Notes under the pieces: model-generated | The model's database searches: none | What the model was told of the DNA's origin: nothing | The model's input: only the letters and a program-made list of their open reading frames with translations | In this document: piece by piece, positions 54,104 through 64,000 of the stretch | How positions within the stretch are numbered: the stretch's first letter is position 1 | Layout of the letters: every line of letters starts with the position of its first letter | DNA from: Tubulanus polymorphus | Taxonomy: Eukaryota > Animalia > Nemertea | Direction: 5' to 3' | NCBI RefSeq assembly: GCF_964204645.1 | Contig: NC_134025.1 | Coordinates: 29,368,299 to 29,432,298, forward strand | DNA: 64,000 nt | Program-made: the position numbers and the translations under genes

Positions 54104-55983
54104 CTTGTTACCAAAGTTAACCCGGCCGGCCGCCTTAATCTACCCTGTAAATGTCCCTTTCTAAAGCAATGATCAAGCTAATTATAAGAGACCAGGTAAC
54201 TAGAGAAATGATCCGATAACAAATTTCATTGGATTTACAAAACGACGCGGCCGATTAGGAGAAACGACGTGTCATATTTTTTGGCCTAAATCATCATTTT
54301 TCGAATGTGATCATTCATTGTAACAAATTTTCAGAGGTATCCAGATGATTTAAACATTCCATGATTTGTGACGTGTTATATTTGAATATATGAGGTATTA
54401 CGTTAGACGTGACAGTTCACACACGTACGTCATTTAAGAAGTATCAGATTTGAAATCCACTTGTACGGATTTGACGACTTTACTGAGCGTGAGATGAGCG
54501 ATTCAGCTTGAAGGATTTCTAGACGTCTGTAGATTTATTCGATGACGTGGGTAGATACATCCGAACGGTGATTCAGAGGTTCAGATATAACAATCGTGGT
54601 TTCGTTCGTAAACCGCAAGTTTCTCGCATTATTCATCAACCCGACCTTACTCCGTGAAATAGTGTATGCTAATTGAATAACCTCGCGGCAAATGATGCAG
54701 GTAAGTGGTTGAAAGAGAAAAAAATACAGGTCTGACCCATGATTTCTCGAAAATTACATCTTTTATCCCAGTTTTCTTATTCGCGCCGTACGAAAATACT
54801 CGCTATTCACAGGTTAATGAACTAATTACATGAAAACGACTCGTCAATATGGCGTCTAATTATCACTAAATCTTCGTTTATTGCCGACAAAATGGCCATA
54901 AATAATGATCACTTTTGCTTCTTTTATGATCGGGAAATGCGTCCAATAATACATTATACGGAGCGATGTTGTGTTGAGCACGTTTCGATGAAGCGTTTCA
55001 ATGAGTGGCCTTAGTTGTAACTATCAACATTAATCACGTATGAAGAAAATATCAGAAGATCGGAGACAAGTGTTTCGATTAATGAATCGCTCGCTTATAA
55101 CGTGATGAATATGTTTTTCATGTAAGGACGACTTGTGAAAAACAGCTATTTGTTACGTTTGATGCTTTCCCCTCACTTCGTTATGCGAGTGACTTAACTC
55201 TATATAAAAAGTGTGATAAATTTTTTCATATTCACTATACTTCAAACCCCAATCGATACATTGCTTTATCCGCCCTGCGTAGAAATACATTTTTAATGAA
55301 CTTTCATCATTTTCAATTTTTAATTGATGCGGCATGATAGCTATCAATTTACATTTTTATGGACGGTTTTAACGCTGAGCCCGAGGGCTATCTCAATTGG
55401 CTCTTATTAACCCCATACTTTAGATCATAGTAAATAACGAAAATTAAGAAACGGACCCAGCGTATAATGATTTATTTGTCCGTTTACGCCGGTTCTGATC
55501 TACCCACTACCTATAACTCTTATAAATTCATATCCGATGCCATTTTTAATCTTTATGGTCGATGTGAGCGCGTAGCAATGCCACATACAGGCGACTGATA
55601 ATAGTTAATCAATATTCCAACATCCGGAATCTGACAATTGCATCTGGAACTCAGTCGAAATGATTGCATCTACGATAAGTTGATAGATTCATTGTTTATG
55701 AACTGCGTAACCAGTTTGTCTCAGCGCGCGCATTGTCTATTTCCCCCTTTAATAACATCGTCATCTTCATTATCACCAGTATCATTTATCATCGCAATAG
55801 ACGTTTATTTCAAACGAGAATAGATCACCTGCTCGTGACGTCATAGCGCATCCTGTTGACCACGAGCGGTAAAGCTGAAGTATATGAATTAAATTTGTGA
55901 GTTCAGCTGTTGAAGATTCTTGGAACTACCCACAACTTCTTTTGTGAGATCAGCGATTTAGGAAACACGTGAGCGAATAGCAT

Positions 55984-56050
55984 GTATTCGCTAGGATTCG
56001 AACCTATCCCGTCTCGGTTGTGGGTCAAACGCCTTATCAATCGCCGACAT
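55984..56050 (-). mobile_element. tRNA-derived relic (SINE head or tRNA pseudogene)
   Basis: The minus strand reads a degenerate A box (TGTCGGCGATTGATAAGGCG) and a perfect B box GGTTCGAATCC (55994-56004); no complete cloverleaf. Confidence 0.45.
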
Positions 56051-56811
56051 GTCGACGCGAATTATGCGTCACAATGGCCGTCAACCATGTCATTTTACTT
56101 CGGATAGCCGCTCTCTTGTGTAAATAACTGAAATAAGCATTTAGAGATAAAGGATTAATGTTACGTTATAATGGATGGTATTTTGACTCTGGAGACATTT
56201 AAACGTCAATTTGAAGAGTAATCGGATCAGGTGTTCTTAAATTCCAACCCCGGAAACTGAAACTAATGACGTCTAAAAACCTAGAACAGATAGCATTAGT
56301 TCAAAAGCTACATTCGTATATAAGAATTTAGTTTAACAAATAGATTGATTTTTTTTTTATAAACGATAGAAGTGGGTGACGAGTACATCGTGGAATCATG
56401 TCGTGATATCGAGGAACACAATCCAATAAACCTGAATAACAAAACATATCGAATGAAACAGATTTTCATCGTGTAGTTGGGAGCGGAACACTGCTTGTCC
56501 TAAAAGATGGCCTTTAAGAAGTTATTGTCCAAAAGTGGATTTTGATGTTTGTTCAGGGTTTAACCATGACCTTGGATCTATATACGAGTTGGATCAATAC
56601 GAGCCCCAGCCCTGTATACAGCTGTCCTTGTCGTGACATTCAACGGGATATGAATGATTACAGTCTTCAATATTTACGTTCAAAAATAGTTACAGAAACC
56701 TTATTCGGTTTGTTTTGGATTTATTGAAAGTACGAGTTTGTCGATAGATACGCTGAACTACGTGATCATAGTAGTGCCTCGTGGAACAACTAACCACTCA
56801 ACTATACCCTG

Positions 56812-56922
56812 GGTTCAGTCGCGCAGTCATCATCCCTTAGAGCCAGGGCAAGCTCAATTATATAACCAATCTAACAGCTCAAGACCACTTTCGGACTTAA
56901 GTCATGCCTGGACAACTGGGCC
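56812..56922. mobile_element. Degenerate 111-bp MITE of the same terminal type, CTG TSD
   Basis: CTG|GGTTCAGTC ... AACTGGGCC|CTG; size and termini resemble 53996-54103. Confidence 0.45.
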
Positions 56923-59496
56923 CTGGGGATTAACTCGATTATATAAACCATCAGGTTCAACGCTAAGACTATAAAACCAGCCTATGATTTTTTTTTTTAG
57001 TCATAAGAACCGCGCACGGAACCGTGTCTAGAATAAGGAAATAAATTGGTTTAGACTTGATGTAAAAAAATAGCGATAGAAAAACTTGTCGTCCCGGAGT
57101 CTTTTGTTTAGGGCAACTGAAAATGATTTACGAGGTAAACATCACCTACAGCCCATTAATCTGTTGGTATTAGCTCCCGAGAGTCATTTCTTTAGTCAAT
57201 AATTAAGGTGATTTTCGCAGACAATGGTCGCATACAGGGAATGAGTTACGAGTAAATCTCCAATCGGAAGTGGCGTCTCGGACGTCTGATACGTTCGTTC
57301 CTACCGAAAAACTATGACCAAACAGCGTTCATTCGACGCAATATTCAATTCAAAATGGTTGTTTTTTGCGAGTTGAGTTTCTTTTTACGAGACTACCGTG
57401 TCAAAATTTATGACGGGTGATCAGACGATGATGATGAACTGAAAAAATGAATAATTAATGCGAAACTTGAAATGGAACGCTAAATTTTCATTTCTGAAAT
57501 GCCAGTTTCGCGTGGGCGCCAAGTAGTCGCGTTCAGATGGACGACGTTTGGTTCGACTCTATGGCGGCACACCTCGTTTTGCTTTTTCAGCAAAATCCTC
57601 GTCGTATTGATCGAGAACGTCTGAAATAATAAGAAACTCATGGTGAATGTCGCCGGTTATTAATTTGTAATATTTGTCGCAGTAATCTTCGCTAAATGAG
57701 AAAGTTAGTTTATCAGCTGTACAACCATATCGCATTATTGATAGTAGAAGTACCCGAGGCACGATTCACGGCACTAGCTCTTTAGTTAAGTAATGTATTT
57801 ATCTAATTGTTATGCCGGATAAACCAGTGATTAGTCGACGATACGGCAGGAATAATCCCATTCACCGGGGAATAGCCAATCACGTATGACGTCGCAGTTT
57901 TATTCAGGCGTTGAAGGGAATCCATAGCGCGGTTACAGCCTATCTAATGTCTGCCCATCATGCCCGACTGTCCCAGGTTGACAACTGCATTCAGCGAGAT
58001 AGCCCAGATAATAACATCCTTTTCCGTTTCTAGTTATTCAAAATCACTCCATCGACGTCACGCGGCTATCGACGAATTTTTTTCGAGATATATATTTCGG
58101 ATAGTCTGTACGGTTATAATGAACCTATGAATGGAAATAGACAGCAGGTCATTACTGCCATCTTTTTTGAAGACGTTCATTTGATGTAGTATGAGACCTG
58201 GGCGGGAGGCCGTAGAATCAATCGTCGTTCGTTTCATAACGCGAACGATTTCGCAGCGGTGCCTTAATTGGAAAACGCATACTGTTTCAAAAAGCTCAAC
58301 AAGAGAAACTGAATCCTAATTGCGGCAATTCGTTTGATGACGAATTCGCGTCACTATCGGCTGTTTAAACACTTCGGATGATCAGATTTGAGTTACAGCG
58401 TGCCGCCAATACTTCGAGACCATTTTCTTTTCGCCGGGCTTTATTCCGATGATTTTAGTTCCCTTTTTTCACAGTCGACCGAGTCCGAAGTGGAGTGCTG
58501 AAAAGAACGCCTGGCCCGTGGCTTCTTATTACCACTCTAACCGACTCCCATAACACGGAAAATTGCATTTCAGTCTTCGCTGAGGTTGTCAGTTATTGCC
58601 AACTAGTTTATGACGCAAAAAACTAAAACAAACTTCGCTCGAGGCCACCATCTTTGCTCTAATAATTGTGTGCACGCATCTAAATTTCATAGCGCCTGAA
58701 TAAAGCTAGAGACGGAATGTAATTTTCCGATGACACTTTTTAGCATTACGGTAGCGGCTACACGGGTGAGTTTACATACGAGACACTTGGGGATGAACAA
58801 ATATCTACAAGTGTTAGACGAAACGTGGCTTGAGGGCTTCATTCTTCCGAAATATTATCAAATTTACGGATCGGACGAGCCCTGCTTCGGGCTTGATTAT
58901 ACATATTTATCTTCTCGCAAGAATATATATAATATGCGACCGCGTATGAAAGAGAATTGTATGTATGAATCCGGGATAATGTCTCCTCTGCTGATATTTC
59001 GAATCTTATTAACTCACATATATATTCGTAAAAGCAGACTTTCGTTTTGCGTTGGTTTTACGGTTTTTCTAAATGGATATTAAAATAGCTTTGGGATAGC
59101 TATCTGTAACTATATAGATGCGCTTCAGCCACGAGCTTTAATCACCTAGCGGGCACAGACAATAAGTGATTTGCATAACAGCAGATCCCTGAGATTTCTT
59201 AAGCCGCAATCTGACGTTTTTTCATCATCGGCCAAAAATCATTCACACTGTTGCCAAATGCCTGTTTGACACTGGTTCAAATTAAGGCGTTCCAAATTTT
59301 CGAGCCAGGCACGTGCTCAATGTTAGAACGGGTCAAATTATCCCAATTTTACATGTCGTTGCTGCGAGACCCATGTAAGACCGTTGTTTGACAGAACAGA
59401 CCACAGTACGCGGAGGATGCACTCAGTGAATCCTGTCAACTGTCATTGAATGTGTCATCGGTGATCGCGTAGCAATCTGTTTCAATATACGTGAGA

Positions 59497-59632
59497 TATA
59501 TAAAACCAGCTCTACTCAAACCACATCGTCTTCTCCTGCACGTAAATCATCACGTATAAACACGTCCTAAGCTGCGTCCACACTATCACTAGCTAGTCCG
59601 AGCGGACCAATTTAGAACGGACTATACTAGAG
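59497..59632 (+). promoter_or_regulatory. Probable core promoter (TATATAAAA) and non-coding first exon of the allatotropin gene
   Basis: The ATG exon starts at an acceptor (TTTCTCAG ending 63590), so an upstream 5'UTR exon is required. TATA box at 59497-59505, an ATG-free ~105-nt stretch, and donor AG|GTGGGC at 59633. Confidence 0.55.
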
Positions 59633-59832
59633 GTGGGCGTTCACACACGCGTTGTTGTAGTTGTTGTCACTGCTCCCGCAAGATGCCACCATGAGTCTTT
59701 TAACCCGGAAATGTGTATCTTAAATATAGCCGCAAAGCAGCGTTAACGGTTTAACAAGTAATTCTTGTATGCTTTCCGACTTCTATCAATGACTACATTA
59801 TGAATCAATCAACAAAAGAGAAAACTACTCCG

Positions 59833-59903
59833 AAAAAAAATATTCGGGATTCGAACCCACACCCTGTTGCTGGAAGACGATCATTGTACCGATGGCTACA
59901 ACT
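59833..59903 (-). mobile_element. tRNA-derived A-box/B-box unit followed by T8 (SINE head or Pol III relic)
   Basis: Minus strand: GTTGTAGCCATCGGTA ... GGGTTCGAATCCC GAATA TTTTTTTT. Confidence 0.45.
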
Positions 59904-62900
59904 CGGAACAAGAAACTAAAAAAGTATACAACGACTGAAATCAATCCTGCCGTGCGGAGAATACGTAGATAGAACCTTAACAAAGATATCTCTAAAAATG
60001 ACAATCCCCTCCGTGGAAACATTATCCGCCTTATTACCTTCACGCAACTGATTGAAATTAATACGGGTAAGACAGTGCAGGTATGGCGCATTGTCAATAA
60101 CAACCGTGTGGGTGATTTTTAGTAACAAGGGTATTCGGTTCTCCTGTTCTATTAATACTGATAACGTTACATCTAGAAGACGTTCCTTTCCTGATTGATG
60201 GCATTACGGAGCCTTCCTACCGCTGGCAATGACAAACCACGTTCCGCTCAATGTTACAAGCTATTATAACGGCCATTAGGTACATGTTCCCTTGGCAGGT
60301 ATGATGACAAATACCCCCGAATTATTTACAGCCGCGAATTCCACGACACAAGCGACGAGTTGATGGCTTGTCGGAACTTAAGACACATTTATTAGTATTC
60401 TTGTTGAGATTAGTAGCTCAGCCGTGTTTATAGTTCTAATAATATTCGATAGTTTTCGTTAGCGGTAGATCTCAGCTTCCCCATCAAACAACGGAAGCGG
60501 ATAGGCACCTCATTTTCTCCATGGCTGATATACCGCTGAATATACAGCTGAACAAATAGGCTTTTATGGCGAAAATAATGAAATATCCGACGACACGATC
60601 ATAAAGTGAACGAGAAGGTGCAATCGACTTGTTTCTCTGAGCTATCTCTCATAAATCCTACATTTATGAGCGATATCACAAGATAACAAGCACGTATTAA
60701 TGTACAGAAGTGACCGCTGATATAAACATATAAAATCTTGTAAAATCATCTTATTGAATGACAGTCTGTAATGTAGAAATTGCTACCCTTTCTGAAAATG
60801 TATATCAACTTTTTAGCTACTTATACGCATGTCATTCTACGCTTCGAAAAGTACACGAGAACGTACGCATTATTTGACATTTACGCATATGTCATACAAT
60901 ATACATCAATAAATGTAGATGAATTTCCTTCGTAGTCAATGATATTGTCAAATACGTTACGTTAAAGCACTTTAAAGGGAATAAATTGATGTTAGGCCTC
61001 TTAAAGCCTCAAAGCTTCTCCGTTCTTTCAAGGGTTGCGTAACACAGTTGTCTTCAAAGTTCTTTTAATACGGATACACGAATGAAACAGTCGATCAAGG
61101 CGAGGGTTTCGACTGTGACAAAGTTTCAGATTTTTAAAATCGTTATTTACGTAACACCAACGGCAGATGGTTTGCTGCTCGTGTATCATCGGTATCTCGG
61201 TCGTCGGATGAATATTCAATATCAACACAGTGTTTGCTGATGGACGAACTATGTCGGTTATCCTCTAAAGTCTGCGCAAAGGATCGGTTTAAGGAAATCT
61301 GTGACGAATACCGGTGATGTAGATTAGTCAGACAAGCTAATTTTGATCTTTGATGTCGTATGGATGCGGCTTGTGGAAGTTATAGATTCTCTTCCTATTC
61401 TTGGTTAGACTTTAGTGTTTTCTTAAGATTTTTGAGACGTACGTGCGTCCGAGAAGTTGGCAGAATGAAATCCCCATAATTAGAATCGGTCGGTATGAAT
61501 TGGTAGCCTTTGGCAAAATGTAGCAGGGTTATTTTCATATGGATTGTTTGCATACAATATGACAAGTTGAAACTATGAAGTCGTTTATCGTTGTAGAATT
61601 GAGTGATTATTGACTTCATTGTAATATGATATTGTATCAGAATAGTAAAGGGTGTGTACGCACACTGTATATGTCGCCCACCGTTGCGTCGAGTGTTCCA
61701 TCCTACTTAGGAGACAGAAATTGATTGTTATCTCATAAGATAGCCTCGAATAATATCAATTTTTGAATATGTTCCTAAAAATACATACCAAGGTTTTTGA
61801 GCTAATTATTTCCATTCGCTGCAGCTGTAAAGTCGATAAACAATCATTACAAAGGTTCTGGATTTCGTGATATTAAGAAGAAATGGATTTTTTCTCAAGG
61901 CGTTGTCGTTAGTTTACTTTGGTTTGTTCAGCACAACGCACGGAGTGTCTTTGGTTGCAACGATCGTAATGCATGTCACGACATTTTCTAGCGATTTAAA
62001 TTCCATCATTACTGTGACCGGGAAGGTGACCACGGACAGTTAGTTACAACGTATGAAGGTTAAGCTCTTATGCTTCACCGAGTTCTGCGCGAAGTGGAAG
62101 AGCCCGCTGTGATATTGTTACATATTGGCAATATCTCTCCTCCGTGAATTAGAGGCATTCGCAACGTGCACAGATTTTTAATTATTACATATTCTTGCTA
62201 TTACTCTAGTAGTATACTGAGTAGATTGTAGATAGTTCTTATAAAGTATATAGATAGATATTATCACCATTTCATAAAAACTTAATTACATTCTTCAGAA
62301 GTTTTTGGCTTCTTATGTCGAGAGTTATATTTTCTGAGACTTGTTATTATCATTCGTCTTTTTGCCGGAATAAGCAAACACGCAAATGTCCTCGTCAAAT
62401 CTTAAGTACGCTCTAGTATAATAATGAAAAGCCAACATTCTTTAAGAATGAGAATGTTGACTTATATCGTAAAACGACGGCTGTCTTTTTCCGTGTAGCC
62501 GTACGATCTTAGAAATATACCAAGAGTCTGCAGGTGGCTGATTTGGACGATAAATATAATTCCTGATGTGAAAATGAGGGCGATAGAACGAACGAACGCA
62601 AAAAAAAGAAGGAAAACGCCGAGTTCTCTAAATTCTGTTTTGGTGATGGCCACAAACGGATGATTTCAAAAGAACCGTGTTGTTTAGGTCCCATCGTTCT
62701 AGCGCTATCCATATCAGAAATAGCCACTACGTCAAATCGTTCGGTGATTATTTCGTGGAGGTGACGCTTTCTGTCGATCGGTATTTGATTTATCTATGAA
62801 CGGGAAGCGGATGCTTTTTATTGGAATAAATATCAACACGTATCTCGTCGAATAATGGATCGAAAAAAGATCGCCTTCGCAATTTCCGTAGTCGATTTAT

Positions 62901-63597
62901 TGCAGGCGTTTGGAAAAAGGGGGGAAAATCCGACCATTTAATTCCCCACTTAAAGACATAAATCAAATTACGAAGTGTCGAACATGATATATTTACGATT
63001 GAGCGTCATAAATGATAAATGCGCATTGCATGACATAGCGATAGAAATAGTTGGTGAATACAGTTCGATAACTTAATAACGTAATGTTCAAATGAAATAC
63101 CAGATACTTGATGACGTTCGTTGGTTTTTACGCGAGTTGTGTTTGATCTTTCGCTGCCGTATTTTCTCGCGCAGCTTAAAAAGTATATTAGGACGTACGT
63201 CTGTCTGTGGTAATCATAGCACGATACGCGGACACATCTTATACCAGATCATAAACGAGCTAATAACAACGCTGATTAGATTACCGTCAATGTCGCCTTC
63301 AATGTTGTTTATGAACTCGCCTGGCCGCGGCTAAAACCGCGTAGAGGCGTCGATGAGTCGAAAGCGATTTCTTTATAGGCGTTGCAAAAATAAGGCACAT
63401 GAATCTGTGGGTATCACAGTTTGAAGAATTGGCTTAAACATTAAAGACCTTTCTTTTAAAATGTCTAAACGATTCCAGATTTAAACTGACTCAGTTTGGT
63501 CTTATGTCATATTATCCTAACTCGTTTTCGGGGACTTATTTGACAATATTGTACTAATTATGGTTTCATTTCATTTTCTATATTTCTCAGGCTCAAG

Positions 63598-64000
63598 ATG
63601 AAGATATCTATTTGTATATTCTGTTTCGTTCTGCTGATCGTCACTGTGAACTCGTACCCAACGATTAACCTAGAAACAAGAGGCTTTAAAAACGAAGAAC
63701 GATTCGGACACGGTTTCGGTAAACGAACTTCTTCGCAAGATGTCGACATCGATTCTCTATTGGAAAAGGAAGATATGCTTAGGTGAGGAAAATAGCCACC
63801 ACGTGTGGATAATATCGACATACAGTTATCACTCGGATGATGGGAAATAGATATTTCACCGAGATGATGAAGAAGTTTCGATTATTGACCTTTTGCAATT
63901 TTCTCGTTCTAGACCATTGATGACAAGTTCACGACTAGCAGCAGAAATCAAAACAAGACCGAATTTAGCGGAGGTTATAGTTGGAAAGTTCGTCGATAGA
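63598..64000 (+). CDS. AT: Allatotropin (allatotropin/orexin family) neuropeptide precursor, join(63598-63782, 63913->64000), 3' truncated by the window end
   Basis: Signal peptide MKISICIFCFVLLIVTVNS, then YPTINLETR-GFKNEERFGHGF-GKR (amidation Gly plus dibasic site). Compare Manduca AT GFKNVEMMTARGFa and Eisenia tetradecapeptide GFKDGAADRISHGFa. After a 130-nt phase-2 intron (AG|GTGAGG ... TTCTAG|A) the frame continues RPLMTSSRLAAEIKTRPNLAEVIVGKFVDR, the conserved allatotropin C-terminal domain. Confidence 0.93.
63682..63726 (+). other. Coding segment of the predicted mature peptide GFKNEERFGHGF-amide plus the G-KR processing signal
   Basis: GGC TTT AAA AAC GAA GAA CGA TTC GGA CAC GGT TTC GGT AAA CGA. 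Confidence 0.88.

Noticed and set aside
57559-57762. ORF ending DEDFAEKAKRGVPP resembling a second neuropeptide precursor
   Set aside because: It starts at GTG just after a stop, and has no signal peptide or amidation signal.
60886-61541. Two CATATG E-boxes (DIMM/Mist1 type) in the allatotropin intron
   Set aside because: Two in 4 kb is about what base composition predicts.

Overview
This is eukaryotic (invertebrate) genomic DNA: AT-rich (roughly 38% GC by eye), with GT-AG introns and no operons, CRISPR arrays or rRNA. Almost all ORFs in the supplied track are spurious. Two spliced protein-coding genes can be reconstructed, both on the + strand. (1) 22524-25921 encodes a ~451-467 aa type I membrane protein: signal peptide, MAM domain, LDL-receptor class A module, one TM helix and a disordered tail with two candidate LC8/dynein-light-chain motifs. 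(2) 63598->64000, truncated by the window end, encodes an allatotropin (orexin-family) neuropeptide precursor. Its predicted peptide GFKNEERFGHGF-amide is unusually short and is followed by the conserved C-terminal 'P.LA..IV.KFVD' domain; a likely TATA promoter and 5'UTR exon lie at ~59.5 kb. The HGF-amide ending points to a lophotrochozoan host (inference). The rest is non-coding: several short MITEs (Harbinger-like with TAA or CWG/CTT target duplications, one with a 9-bp TSD), piggyBac-, Kolobok- and LINE-like ends, tRNA-derived A/B-box relics, a 19-bp minisatellite and microsatellites. I found no evidence of a wholly new multi-gene system. The best leads are the atypical allatotropin peptide and the MAM-LDLa receptor tail.
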